Origin: the human T2T-CHM13v2.0 reference genome, Homo sapiens
Length of the DNA stretch: 64,000 nt
Strand: one strand, 5' to 3'
Assembly: GCF_009914755.1 (NCBI RefSeq)
Contig: NC_060935.1
Made by a program: the position numbers and the translations under genes. The notes beneath the pieces were generated by a model. That model did not search any database and was not told the DNA's origin. It saw only the letters and a program-made list of their open reading frames with translations. This document shows positions 1 through 14,329 of this stretch, piece after piece; positions within the stretch are counted from its first letter, which is position 1, and each line of letters begins with the position of its first letter.

Positions 1-230
1 AAATACACATGCATGCACATGCACACTCAACTATGCATACACAGTAAACTCATGCACGCCTTCATTATATTCACACAGAAATGTGCCACACAGATGTGCA
101 CACCCAATATTAAAGTGCACACATTTGGCTACCGAGCTTACACACACATAAAACACATAAAGCACATGCACGCTCATAACCTGCACGCACCACCACATAC
201 ACACACGCAACCCGCATTTGCGTGCACGCG
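1..230. repeat. Degenerate CA/CATG-rich low-complexity tract
   Basis: Alternating ca/tg units (acacatgcatgcacatgcacac...). Confidence 0.75.
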
Positions 231-311
231 TCCGCCGTGCTCCTGGCCCATCCCAGCAGGCCTCAGGCTGGTGTCTGGGGAGTGTGTTGGGTCGGCCAGT
301 CCAGCACTGAC

Positions 312-437
312 CTCTGGTTGCAGAGCTGGCAGGCGAAGCAGTCGAGGTGATACACGTTGTCCCGGGCCCGCATCACCATCTCGAAGGCTGGGATCAGCTT
401 GCTGCAAGCAGCACAGTTCCCTGTGGTGCCAAAGAGC
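312..437 (-). CDS. LMO1: LMO1 coding exon 3 (126 bp), first part of LIM domain 2: (R)[41 protein letters not shown](R); gene continues left of window
   Basis: Minus strand ccttccctcggcag|GCTCTTTGG acceptor at 438 and AACCAGAG|gtcagt donor at 311; phase 2/2; CxxC...HxxC-xxCxxC LIM pattern in ORF 263..514. Confidence 0.98.
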
Positions 438-789
438 CTGCCGAGGGAAGGGCGCAGAGGACTCAGCAGCATTCTGGGAAGCTGGGTGGGCAGGGGGAAA
501 GGAGTTGCCTCCATCCAGGGTCCTTCCCATACTCCAACTTGTGGGCTCAGCAGGTGGGCTCAGGCAATAGGATAAGAGCACTGAGGGCAGCATCTAGATT
601 CTGCCCAGAGATCAGGCTGCCAATAAATCAGCACATCCCCTTCCAGGGAGGGTGTGTAGGGGGTCAGGAGTTGGCTGCCACTGCCCATCCCAAGGCCCCC
701 TCCCAGGCTCCCACAAGGGTCCTCAAGCCCTGGAGCCACCAAGAGAATCCTAGGCTGGGCCCTGAGCAAGCCTGAATTTCAGGGGCAGA

Positions 790-1130
790 CTGAATCTTGG
801 GTTGTGTGCCCTCAGGCAAGTCAGTGAGTCTCTCTGAGCCTCATTTACCTCATCTGTAAAACAAAGCCTGAAACACACCCTTTATGGGGTAGTTGTGAAA
901 CCTGTTGTAAATTCTCAGTCACAACTCACTAAGCAACCACCTAGGTAGTGTTCACTATGTGTCAGCCACTAATCTAAGAGCTTTACAAAGATAAACGCTT
1001 AATCCTCACAACAAACCTAGGAGGTGGTACTATTATTATTCCCCATTTTAAAGATTTAAAATATGAGTCACAGAGAAACAACTTGGACAGTCACAGGGCC
1101 TTGGTCCAGAAGGCGTGCTCTAAACCACTG
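790..1130. mobile_element. MIR fragments
   Basis: MIR core words (tctctgagcctcatttacctcatctgtaaaa; tattattattccccattttaaagat). Confidence 0.65.
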
Positions 1131-1167
1131 CATGACATGCTTTTCCCACCTTTAACATTACAGTGTT

Positions 1168-1363
<196 letters not shown>

Positions 1364-2213
1364 TAAGTCCCTTTTTTTCTTTCTCTGAACCTCAGTTTAT
1401 CCTTCTGTAAAATAGGGATGGATGATCCTATTCAAAGATGCTGTAAAACAGAACTGATGCCCAAAGGAAGCGCCAAGGACATCTGGCACAAATGCCTCTT
1501 TGAGGCAGGCACCCCTCCTCTTAGCTGCTGGCTGTAAAGCTCTAGGGACAGGGAGTTTACTCCCTCCCCATGCAGGCCAGCCCTTGGCTGGATGTCCCAA
1601 TGGTCTGAGCCATCCCGGCTCCTCCTTGCTTCTTTCCTGCACACAGACAGAGCAAGCCCCAAGTGAGGCAAGGAGGCTGAGAAGAGGGTGGGGGGCCCCT
1701 TTAATCCCCGATTTGTCCAGCTCAAACTCAGGCGCCTGCAGATGAGCTTGGCTCCATTATTCATCAGCTTGAGCTGCCTGGTGGCTCAGATTAAGGCAGA
1801 CAAAGGCTAGGCCACAGCATCTGCCTGCCAAGAGGGGCTTTTCTTGCCATCGGCCCAGGAACAGTTGCTGCAGAGGGCGCAGGCTCTGGACAGCCATTCT
1901 CCAGGCCTGAGCAGCTCAAGGAAGCCACGCTCCCATCCCAGCCCACTGGTCTAGCTGGTCCTACAGTCACTCCTTGCCTCTGCCAGAGCAAAAAAAAAAA
2001 AAAATTACCTTCCATCCCTAGTAGCTGGCAGGGCCCTATATGCTTGAGGGTGCTTTTTCCTGATAAGCCCATCCTACACTGTGGGCCTCTCTCTCCAAGT
2101 CCTGTGAACCCATCAGATGGTCTGCCACATCGTCCTAACCTGGTAGAGTCAGCCCCCAGGTGATGCCCTAAACCTCCAGACATGGAGGCCCCTTCTAGGT
2201 CCTCAAGGGGTGA

Positions 2214-2522
<309 letters not shown>

Positions 2523-3625
2523 TGAACATTCTTCCTTAACCCCTGCTTCTGGTCTCAGCCTCTCCCCTCCAGCCCTGGCAAGGAGCACTAAGTCACAGCT
2601 TCTGTTTTACTGCATCACTTTTAAATGCAGGTGTTAAAAGGGGCAGGCAGGTCAGTCAAAGGATCTTTGGGGAATTGAGGGAGCTTCCACTGATAACCTC
2701 CCCCTTGCAACATGCCCAGACCTGGGCAGAGGGAGCCCCATGAAGCCCTTGCCCCGACCTGTTAATTAATGCGATGAGCCCTCCTTCCCCACAAGCCCGG
2801 CAACCATCCAGCAGCCTGCGACAGAGCCAAATGCAGGTGCTGGGTCTCAGCCAAGGCCCTGCTTTGTGGCCTCCTTCCAGCCTTGCTGATGTCATAAATG
2901 GCCTCAGGGAGGGTTAATTGGGGGAGGTGGCCCCAGGGAATAGGATCCAAATTGTAGGGAGGGTGAGTTAGAGCTCAGAGGAATGCAAGGCAGGGAAGCA
3001 TCATTCTTTCACCCTTCACGGGGAAGTAAACTGAGGCTGGGAGAAGATTAGGAGCCAAAGGCTCACAGCTAGTTCCAACCCAGGTCTTGAAGCTCCAGCA
3101 TCAGTGGCCCTGCTCCTAGGATATGGCTGCCTGCCAGTTTCCCTGGGCAAATGGATGCCTGCTCCCAAGGACCATCTAGAAAGGAAAGTTGGACACTGGG
3201 AGATGGAAAGAGACTGCATTAGGGAAGAGGGTCCTGAGGAAGTCAAAGCTTCCACACCTGTTCTCAAAGCCCCTCTGAGGTATCCCCTCCCAGATTCCAG
3301 ATCAGGTGGGTCAGAAGCACCTGGCCAAGGCAGGGGGGCGGAGCCAGACTGGGGCCCTCGGAAAGCTTAACTTAGGGGCCCCAGGTTACAAATGCCTGCC
3401 CTGGACTTGTGCTGGGTACCGAGTCCAAGGGCATAACGACCTGGGCCTTCCCCTCAGGTGACTTCTCAGGTATCTGGGGCAAGCAGGGCAGGGGCAGGAC
3501 AGTCAAGAATGAGAGGACACACAGGGTACTGGGTCTAGGGCCGGGGGCACAGTCACGCTGGGGCTGAGGATGGGGAGCTTTCTGAGCAGGACAAGGGCTT
3601 GGGAGGCCAGGGTTTGGCAGCCCAC

Positions 3626-3839
3626 CTCAGGTAGTCGCGTCGGCACAGGATGAGGTTGGCCTTGGTGTAGAGGGTGGAGCCCACCTCGCCCAGGCGGCAG
3701 TCACAGCAGGCACACTTGAGGCAGTCTTCGTGCCAGTACTTGTCCAATGCCTTCAGCAGATAGCGGTCCTTGATCTTGCGGTTACAGCCCGCACAGCCCT
3801 TCTGCTTCCCTTTGGGCTGGACGGAGAGCATCGGCACGC
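3626..3839 (-). CDS. LMO1: LMO1 coding exon 2 (214 bp), LIM domain 1: (G)[70 protein letters not shown](R)
   Basis: ctgtccgtctgcag|GCGTGCCG acceptor at 3840; TACCTGAG|gtgggc donor at 3625; phase 1/2; complete LIM zinc-ligand spacing; recognisable LMO1 peptide. Confidence 0.98.
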
Positions 3840-6800
3840 CTGCAGACGGACAGACAGACAGCAACGCAGGATGGGCCCCGTAGCTCTGGGCCTCAAGGAA
3901 TATCCCCCAAGAATGGGGAGCTCACTGCTTCTCTCTGCTGCCCCCTCTAGGTTTGGGGCTCCCAGGAGCCCTCGCTTTCTCCCCAATAACCTCCTCCCCT
4001 GGCTCCGGGTCCTGCCCTTTGGGCTACATGGCACAGCCTGTTTCCCTGGCCCTGTGAAGGTCCCTCCAGAGGCTGCTCTGCTCCAAGGCACACACAGACC
4101 CCAGGCCTGGCCTCCCTGAGTTGTTCCTCCCTACCATGGCCTCTATCCCCTGTGCGGTCTCATCCGGAGTAAGCCTGAAGCTCGTCTTGTGAAGCCACCA
4201 TCACATTGGCTCTTTCAGCAATAAGCCTAAGAAATGTAGTCTCCTCAGGCCCACGAGGTCCTCTAGAACCCCCAGATCTTTGTGCCAACTCGTCTTTCTC
4301 CAGCTGAAGTGCTACAGCCTCTTGGTCTATCCATGTAGAGCTGTGATGGCATCAAGAAGGAAGTGAGACGCCCCTGGGACACTCCCAGGAGGGAGCAGAG
4401 GCTCTGGGGCTCCTGGCAGGTAAGCGGAGGCAGCTGGCAGGGCCTGGCTGGGGCTCCCCTTGGGAATGCTTCAGGCGGTGTCACACCTCACCTGCCCTGG
4501 CCTGGGGGAGGGCAGGCTCTGAGCCTCTGGATCCTTCCTCATTCTACCAGGATTAGGATCTCTCAGCCATCAGTCCCTCCCAGGGCCCATACCAGCTTCC
4601 CAACATACACACAGGCACCAAGTACAAAGGGCCCAATGTGATGTTCACCACAGGGCAGAGCCTCCCGTCGCGGCAGGCGAGCATGTGCGCTCACACACAC
4701 CCCTCACACACAGGCACGATGTGCAGGTGTGGGCATGAAGTGACAGAGGCACGGGTTCCTAGTCCCTTCTCCTGGAACCACAGGGACCGTTGAGGAGGAG
4801 ATGGGGACATATGTCGTCCAGTAGCCTGGACATCCATGTGGACCCGTGAGGCTGGGAGGGAAGTGCAGAGGACCTCAGAAGCCCTGCTCTGTGACTTGAC
4901 AGGGCGGGAGCCTGTGGCAGTTGCCTGAGAACCCTTGTGAAGACAGGGAGCGTGTGCATGCTCCGTTCCTGACCAAGGCGCAGCTGGATAGGGGCCCACC
5001 CCTCCCCACCTCCCCGGCTTTCCAACACTCCCCTGGAGTCTGTCCTTCTACTGGCCCCGTCCTCTCCAAAGGACCCCTGCTCTCTCCAGGGCTCTGGCCT
5101 TCCTCCCATCCCCTGGTGTCCCTCCCATTCCCAGCCCTCCTCACTGCCCCCAGCCCAGAGTCTGAATGGTTGGGCTGCTTCCCTTCCTTTTGCTTCTCTC
5201 CTCCTTGGGCGTTAGGGGAGAACAAGCCACAAGAGGCCTTGGTCTCAGAATCCACAGATGTAAGGTCAGAAGAGCCCTCAGAGTTCTCCCAGTTAAATGT
5301 TCTCATACTACAGATGGGGAAATTGAGGCTCAGACAGTTACAGGGGCTTGAGTCAGCCACCGTCAAGCTGGCCCCAGGGCTCCTTCTCCTCTCCTGTGCT
5401 CGCTCTCAGCCCAGCTGGCTCCTCAGACTTCTCCTGGACAGGTGAGTCTGGGGAGCTGGCGCCCACCCACAGGCTACAGTGTGCAGGGCCAGTGGCTCCC
5501 TCCTCCTTCTCCTCCCTGCAGTCCCGGCAGGGCCTGTCTGTTAGCTGGTGAGTGTGCTGCCTAATTTCCTTAATGCAGCTCTAAAGGTTAATTGGTCTGA
5601 GAGAGGGATGGGGCACAGGATGACTCTGTCCTCGGGCCTGCCTGTGTCTCTTCTAGCAGGGCCCAGCCTGGCACAGAGCTCTGAAAGAGCCCAAGGAGGG
5701 CAGCTGGGGAGCAGATACCCCTGAGAACTGAAGGGGTCTTGTGAGGCTCCTTCCAAGTCCTGGCCTACAGGGAGGTGTGGGGAAATGGGAGAGGAGTTAA
5801 AATAGCTGGATGGGGAAATGAGGGGCCTCCCAGAGTGGGACCTGGACCAGGGTAGGGCTCCAAGGGCATGACCTTGTCCTTAGGCCCTGTGCAGGGAGCA
5901 TGCAGCCAGCAGAGGTACGCACTCAAACACCGACTGGGAAAATCTTGGGCCAGGCCCCCGCTACAGCCCCTACAAGGCTCACGTTCCTTTTGCTCAGCCA
6001 GGCTTGCAGCAGGCCTGGCTCCCTTCCCAGTGGTCCTGAGCCCCTCCCAGGGCTCTATATTTGGGCTATTACCAGAACATGGGTGAATGGCTGGAACCTC
6101 CGTACTCAGGGGAGACCCTAGCCCACTAAATTATAGCCCAAAATGAAGGGAGACAGTGAGAGGCCCCAGCACGTGAAGCAGCTGTCCCACTCTCTCTTCC
6201 ATCTACCCTGGCTCTTGGACAGGCTGGTCTTCCGAGCTCAGACCCCAGCATGTTTGTCCTGGCTCCCGCAGGGTTGTAAACTCCAGCACTTGTCGACAAT
6301 CTCTTCACTGGAGGCATCTGGCACCTAGAGGACCCTGTGGAAGCCATGAGGGGTGAAGCTGCCAGCTGCCGCAGGTCCCCCTCCCCACGGCCCGTGCCCA
6401 GGCTGGCCTCTGCACAGGCAGGTTACCTTAAGACCTGGACACCCCTCCCTCTTCTGGGGTGCTGAACTGATTCCTGGCTCTGGAGAACTCTTATAGAAGC
6501 CACACAGCTTCTGCCAAAGTGTCCCATGTCCACCAAGACATGGAACACCAGGGTCAGCCTGGCTGAGAAGGCCCCAGAGCATCTAGAGACCCTTGGGTCT
6601 AGAGACCTCCCACGAGAAAGGCTGGCATCCTGGGGGAAGCCTGAGCCAGGGCAGCCCCATGGGAGGGGCCTGGGACCAGACTCCAGGTCTGCAGTCCTGT
6701 GGCTATGGGGTCCAGAGCATATCCCCCTGGTCTCTCTGGGCCTAACTTCCTTCATCTGCCCATAAGAAAAACGGAAGCAATCCCTTGCTTCTCACAGGAG

Positions 6801-7139
6801 AGTGGAAGAGCTCTGGGGGTCAAACAAACAAAACAGTGGAGCCAGCCTTCCTTCCTCATAGGGCATCCATGCTGTGTCTGCTCTCACCGGGCTGGTCCAG
6901 GAGACTTGAAAACACTCCTGGAAAGGTGGAGGGGCTTTCAGGAGGGGCTCTGTAGTCTCCTGCTCCCCAGATGGAGGGATAAGCTCCCCACAGGGTCCAG
7001 GCCCTCCCTCCTGCTCTGCCTTCCCCATTCCCACCTAGCCCCCCACCCAATCTGCCAGCCTGCCCCCCTGCAGACACCTCTTCCCTCCCTCCTTCCCCAG
7101 CCTGGCTCTGGGACCTGAGCCTCGGGCCATGCACTTTCC

Positions 7140-7345
7140 ATTAAGGAGATAGCATCCCTTTGCTGAAGTCCATTTGGGATCCATTTTAGTGTTATCTAAA
7201 AATCAAATCTACATGGTAATCCTTTTAATGTACTCCTGACTTTAGAAAAAAATGGCTTTGCGCTCCTTCAGGAAAGGTTTTAAAGCATTACCCAGTAATT
7301 ACTACTCACCCATGAAAACACTGATATTTCACAATGGATGATGTT
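7140..7345. promoter_or_regulatory. Intron-1 enhancer core with GATA sites
   Basis: AT-rich non-repeat patch in GC-rich surroundings; AGATAG 7147-7152, TTATCT 7192-7197, palindrome AGTAATTACT 7294-7303. Confidence 0.7.
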
Positions 7346-8514
7346 TGCGCCGACACGCACGCCTGGGCACACACTCAGATGCATGCGCTGGGCCCAGCAG
7401 AATAAACCAGTCCACTCAACCCAGGGTCACCCCTAAGTCTCAGGATGTGGGGGGAACAACATTGGAGGGGAAACAGGCTGAACTCCAACCCCTACCTCTA
7501 GCAGGGGGTGGAGGCAGGGCTGCTGGTGGAAGGAGGCAGCCAGGCTGGGAGAGAAGCCTCCCAGTCTGACTCATCTGGCTGCCAGACACTCACCCTCCAC
7601 TCTTTAATCTGAGGGAAAGCCAGACAGTCCAGGTGACGGGGAGGCACTGCCAGAGGTCATCCCGCCCCTCCCACTCTCTCCCTCCAGCCCGGAGGAGAAA
7701 TGCCCTCATCTTCACATGGACCCCAGAGCAGTCCACTAGGCCAGACCCAAGTCCCCAGCAACTCCTGCCCACCTGTCCCAGCCCAGCTGCCCCTCAGCTC
7801 CAGCACGTGGACTTTCCCAAACTGCCAAGCCCACAGGCTCCAGTACTACCAGTGCCCCTGGTTTGGATGGCAGCCTGGGGGATGCTTACCCCAGTGAGCT
7901 CCTCCAAGGCCAGTCTTCCAGCCCAGAACGTCTACCTCACCCAGCTCCAGGTCACTCCAGGCTCTTCCCCGTGGCTCCCCTGCTGGAAGCCACTGTGGCC
8001 ACCTCCTGGCAACTCCACTGGGCATCTGCAGCCCCTCCCACACGCCAGTGTGTCCTGCTTGGCACTGCTGGCTCTGCCCCCTGCAGGATCCTGGAACACA
8101 GCTCCTCTCCCTCCCGCAAATGGATCTTGTTAGCTTGTGTCCCGGGGCCTTCACTCTGCTACTACTCCAGGAAGAAACGCCTTTGTCCTGCCCATCCCCA
8201 CTCTCCCAAAAAGGTCAGAGTCAAGAGTGAGACTGAGGCTAAGAGTTCAGACCTTGAAATCAGGGAGCCTAGTTTCAAGTCGGAACTGCTCCAAGGAGCT
8301 GGGGGGCCTGGATTAAATCCCCCCACCTTTCTGACTGGCATGTGTGTACTGGGAGCCACAGTGGTCTTTCCGCTCAGAATGTGGTGAGGATAGAATGAGG
8401 TTCTTCTGCACATGAGGCCATAGCACAGAGTCTGGTGCCCAGGGCACAGTGAACAGGAACTGATAGTATTAACAGTCACCCCCAGGATACCATCCCTGCT
8501 CGGGCACTTGCTTT

Positions 8515-9070
8515 CTTTTTCTTTTAACTTTTTGTCTCTTGACATAATTTCAAACTTTCAGAACACTTGCAAGAATAGTAGAAAAAATTCCTGTAAGCCC
8601 TTCACCCAGATTCCCTACATATAACATTTTACCACATTTGATTTAACCTCCATCTTTCTACCTACTTCTACCTACTTACCTATAATTTTTTCCCTAAATC
8701 ATTTGAGAGTTGGTTTCAAACAGGAAGCCTCTATACCCCCTAATACTTTCGGTTTGCAAATGCTTTGCTGAAAACAAGGACATTCTCTTACATAACCACA
8801 GTATAATAATTGAAATCAGAAAATTATCACTGACATAACATTATTATCTAATCTATAGACCTCATTCAGATTTTACCAATTTCTTCAAAAATATCTTTTA
8901 TGGAAAAATCCTGGGCCCTGCATCGCATTCAGTTGTCAAGTTTAGTCTACTTACATCTGGAAGAATTCCTAAACGTTTCTTTTGTGTTTCAAGACAATGG
9001 CATTTTTGAAGAGTACAGGCCAGTCATTTCATGGAATATCTCTCAATGTGGGTTTGTCTGACACTTTTGA
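8515..9070 (-). mobile_element. Old L1 (L1MC/ME-like) 3' fragment
   Basis: AT-rich; ttgacataatttcaaacttt...ccttcacccagattccc...aacaaggacattctcttacataaccacagta typical of L1M 3' UTR. Confidence 0.7.
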
Positions 9071-9529
9071 CTGTGTGACTTCGATTAACATTTTCTCAGT
9101 TTTCTTTTTTTGTGTAATGGGTATGAAAACAGTACTCATTTCCGAGTCACCATGAGAAAGAACGGAGTTAATTTATGTGATGTGCTAAGGACTAAGGGCC
9201 ACAGCAAAACGTTCACTCTGATTAGTGTCACTCTCCTCAACACATGAGACAGGATAGTGAGAGACACTTATTTTGAGGAGCAACGAACTGATTTGATTGT
9301 TCTACTGTGGTTAAAGTCACCCTGGCACTGGCCATAGTCCAGCTCCACCCAAAGGCCAGTCTAGTGGTCAGTGCAAGTATGTGTAGAAGGAAGCCACCCT
9401 ATCTGTCCAACAGGCTGTTCCAGTGACCAGCCACATGGGAAGCAGTTGCTGTGGCAACTCAGAGGGTGACAGCTCCAGGACCCTCTGGCTGCTCTGGAAA
9501 GAGCCCTGGAGGCAAGTGTAGCCTTGGTA

Positions 9530-9815
9530 TTTTTTTTTTTTTTTAAAGACAGGGTCTTCCTCTGTCTCCCATGCTGGAGTGTAGTGATGTGGTCACAGCT
9601 CACTGCAGCCTCAACCTCCCGGCTTAAGCGATCCTCCTACCTCAGCCTCCTGCATCGGTGGGACCACAGGCACATACCACCAAGCCAGGCTAATTTTTGG
9701 GGGGAGGAATTTTTTTTTTTTTCAGAGACAAGGTCTCAACTATGTTGCCCAGGCTGGTCTCGAACTCCTGGGCTCAAGCAATCCTCCCACCTCAACTTCC
9801 CAAAGTGCTGGGGTT
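9530..9815 (-). mobile_element. AluJ-like
   Basis: T-tail, gacagggtct..., middle T-linker, ctcaagcaatcctcccacctc. Confidence 0.9.
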
Positions 9816-11359
9816 AGTAGGAGAAAGAGCTGGCCTGTGAACCCTGGCAGTCTATCTCTAGGGCCAAAGTACTGGACTCATGTGCTGTGCTGCAGGGCTG
9901 CATGCTGAGGGGGGCTGAGACCCAAGCAGGAGACTTCACAGAGCTTAGAAGACACACGGAGAGCATGCAGACACTCGCCACACAGCTGCAGGACACATGC
10001 ACAGCAGCACACAGATACTTCCCCACGTCCACATGATCACACACGTACACTAGGTCCATGTGAGGAGGGACTGTGTCTGTTTTATTCTCCCCACAACAGT
10101 TTTATTTCAGTACCCAGCACAGCGCTGGCATACAGTAGGTGCTCAGTAAGTTGCATGAAAATACATACCCATGCATCTAAGCACACGCATGTGTGTGTAT
10201 GAGCATGCGTTTTGGTGTGCTTATATAAATATACACTTATGCACAGATGCACACATATGCACAAGCAGCCGCACGCACGTTTAGTCTCTTAAAAGACTAC
10301 AGTGTCAAAAAGTGGATCAGAGCTTAGAATCAAGCTCTGATTTCAACAAAACCCGCAAGTAAGAGGCCTGAAGATGGAAGGAAATGGAAGAGCATGAACC
10401 CTCTAGTGTTACCCTCATGGACCCACGTGCAACGTCAGACATTACCCAGAAGTTGATCCCACAATCCTTATGCCTACTTCAGCTGCTGGAGGTGGGGAGA
10501 CTCACTCTCTGGGTCTCGGGGGTCTGGGTCCCTGTCACCTTGTAAGGTGCTTTGCCTGCCTGGGCCCACACCCAGGCCCGGGAACTGCAGGGTAGGATCC
10601 CAAACCAAGCCTACCAGCAGCCCCTCCTAGGCATCAATCCTCTTTAATAAGGAAATTTGAAAGTGTAATCTAACTCTGCAGAATCTCTTTAAATCTCGTT
10701 TTCTCAGAAGTAACTTCATTTCGCACGGACACATCCAGCCTTGTGAGAAGGCCTCCATTTCACACCAGTTTTATCTCCACAATTTCTCGTCTCACTGCAC
10801 TCCTATTCCAGGGCCTTGCCATGCAGCAGGCGAGGCCTGAACTAATAGCATTTCCTACTCATTTGGAATCAAAAGCCAACGAGAACAACTGTTGAAACGC
10901 GCGGCTACAGCCACCCAGAGCACGCTCATTACCGCCCCTCTGCACACCCTCTTGCAGGCAGCGTGTTCACTGTGAGGATGAGGGAGAGAGGCAGGGGCTC
11001 CTATGGCCTCCAGCTCCCCACGAGGGCAGGGAGAGGAAGGCTGAGAGGCTAGGCTCCGCCCATGGGGTGGCAGTCAGCTCAGTAGAGGGACTGGCAGCTT
11101 TGACTCTGGTGCTGCTCACCCCTCAAGGGAGCTTGTGAGAAGAGGTGGGGTAGTGTAGGCCCTGAGACTGTGGGCCCTGCAGACACACAGCCTCGGCTTG
11201 AATTCTGGCTTTGGTGCTTCCCAGCTCTGCCTCAATTTACTAACCTGCTAAATGAGGACAGCCTACTTTAAAGGATTGAGGATTAAATTGGATAATCAAC
11301 ATGAAGTACTTATAACAATGTTTGGCATAGTAGCATAAAGCAATTAGCTGAGAAAATTT

Positions 11360-12220
<861 letters not shown>

Positions 12221-13795
12221 AACGGAGCTGAGATGGAGATGCCCTCATCAGAGCTCTGTATGCCTTTCATAAACCCCACCATTTACTCAGCAGTCACTGT
12301 GCCAGGTGCTGGGCTAACCATCTTACAGTGTTATCTCAATGAATCTTCATATTAACTCTGATGCACTAAATGATTACCCCCATTTCACAGATGAGAAGAC
12401 GGTGGCCTGGGAAGTTTCAGGTCATGCAAAGTCATGCAGCTAGGAGGCTGCAGGGCAGAGATTGGAATCCTGGCCTGTCAGAATCCAGAGTTCAAGTTCC
12501 CATCCAGCACACGCCCAGGGCTTCCCTGCACAGCCTGGATTCTCCGGTGCAGCCTGGATGCCAGATGGTGCTGGGGTGGGGGCTGGGGACATACTTAGAT
12601 CAGGGCCCGGGCTAAAACCAAGAGGAATGACTGTCCATGCAGGGCACTGTCTCTGGGTGGACCACAGGACTTTCCCACTCATCTATTGGTTCTTCAAATG
12701 CTATGACTGCTGTGGGATCTTGAAAGGGCTTCTGGGCAGAGCCAGCAAGGGGGCATGGACCAGAAACTAAGTAAAAAGAGGGCACAGGGCTGGGAAGGGA
12801 GCAGAGGGCCATGTAGAAGCAGAGCCAAGATGTCTGCATCGCAGCTTTGAGAAGGACAAAGAAGCCTTGAGATGGCACACGTCCTCAGGAGGAGGCTGGG
12901 CTGGGGACTCCAGACCCAGGGCTATAATGATGGCAGGAGCCTCAACCAACAGCCAGGGCCTTGTGTGTGAATGAGGGGATGGGTAGGGCGGGGAGCAGAG
13001 AGGTCCTGGAGACAGGCCCAGCTCAGGGTGAGACATTTGGAGCTGAAGAAGTCCTGGAGAGGGGCCTGGTTCAGGGTGAAGTCCAGCGATGCTTGTCTGC
13101 TCTAAGTGCCAAGCTTCTCCTGCACGCTAGAGCCCACCACAGGAGGGAAGGCCTAAGGGAAGCACTGTCCAGTCTCACCCCCAGCACCTGCAGCCACCAT
13201 AGTCATGTTCAACCAGATGACAGTAAACCATGTTACCCCTTACTGAGTGCCTGCTCTGTACCAGGAACATATGCTTGTCATGACCCTGAGTGCAGAGAAC
13301 TCACCAACTTGCCCAAGGGTAAAGCCACCAGTGGCCAAAGCGAGGCTGCAGATCCAGGCTGCTGGCCAGGAGGCATCCACACCCTGCCTGCTGTGTCCCA
13401 GGGCCAGAGGCAGCATCACGTCATCTTTTCTCCAAGCAATGGGGAAAGTGAACTTTCACTTGGACCCAATCTGGACCCTACCAAAAGAAGACGGCTCTGA
13501 AACACTCCTTGCAGGAATATAAAAGACCCCTTGTCAGGGAAAGGTTGGGCTGCTGATCCCCAGAGCTCCCCAGAGGGGCCATTTCCTGTGGAGGAGTACA
13601 AAGCGGGAAGCTTCATATGCTGCATTTTTGCAGTGCGTTTTGGTGAAGAATAACCTATCCTTAGGAATACTGCATCTAAAGCCTGAACTCACCATGACAT
13701 AAAGGGACTGAGGAGTTTCCACACATCCCCCACAGATCTTCCTTGTTGAGGGAAGCTGACTCTGGTTTGGGGCAACAGCAACAGCCTAAGGGGAC

Positions 13796-14162
13796 TGTCT
13801 TAGTCGGTTCAGGCTGCCATAACAGAATACCACAGACTGGGTGGCATATAAACAATTGAAATTTATTTCTCACAGTTCTGGAGGCTGGGAAATCCGAGAG
13901 CAAGGCACCAACAGATTCTGTGTCTGGTGAGAGTTGCTTCTTGGATCATTAGATGGCCATCTTCTTGCTGCATCCTCACGTGGCAGAAGGGGCAAGGGAG
14001 TTCTCTGTGGTCCCTTTTAAGAAGGCACCAATCCCATTCATGAGGGTTCTGCCCTCATGACCTAATCACCCCCAAACGGCCCCATCTCCTAACACTATCA
14101 CATTGGGTGTTGGGATTTCAATATAAGAATTTTGGGAAGACACAAACACTCAGATCATAGAG
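13796..14162. mobile_element. MaLR solo LTR (MLT1A/MST-like)
   Basis: tgtcttagtc...gctgccataacagaataccacagactggg...ctcacagttctggaggctggg...gatttcaatataagaattttggg. Confidence 0.85.
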
Positions 14163-14329
14163 AGCTTGCAGGAAGGCCTGGATGTAATTCTGGAGCATAG
14201 TGATTCTGGAGCAGGTGTAGATGCAGTCTGCTCTCACAGCCTCACATAATTTTCTGTGGTTCTTTAGTGGGGGGAATTTAGAAACATCAGAAGCTGCATG
14301 TGCTCACTGGAGTTTGTCACTTGGAATGA

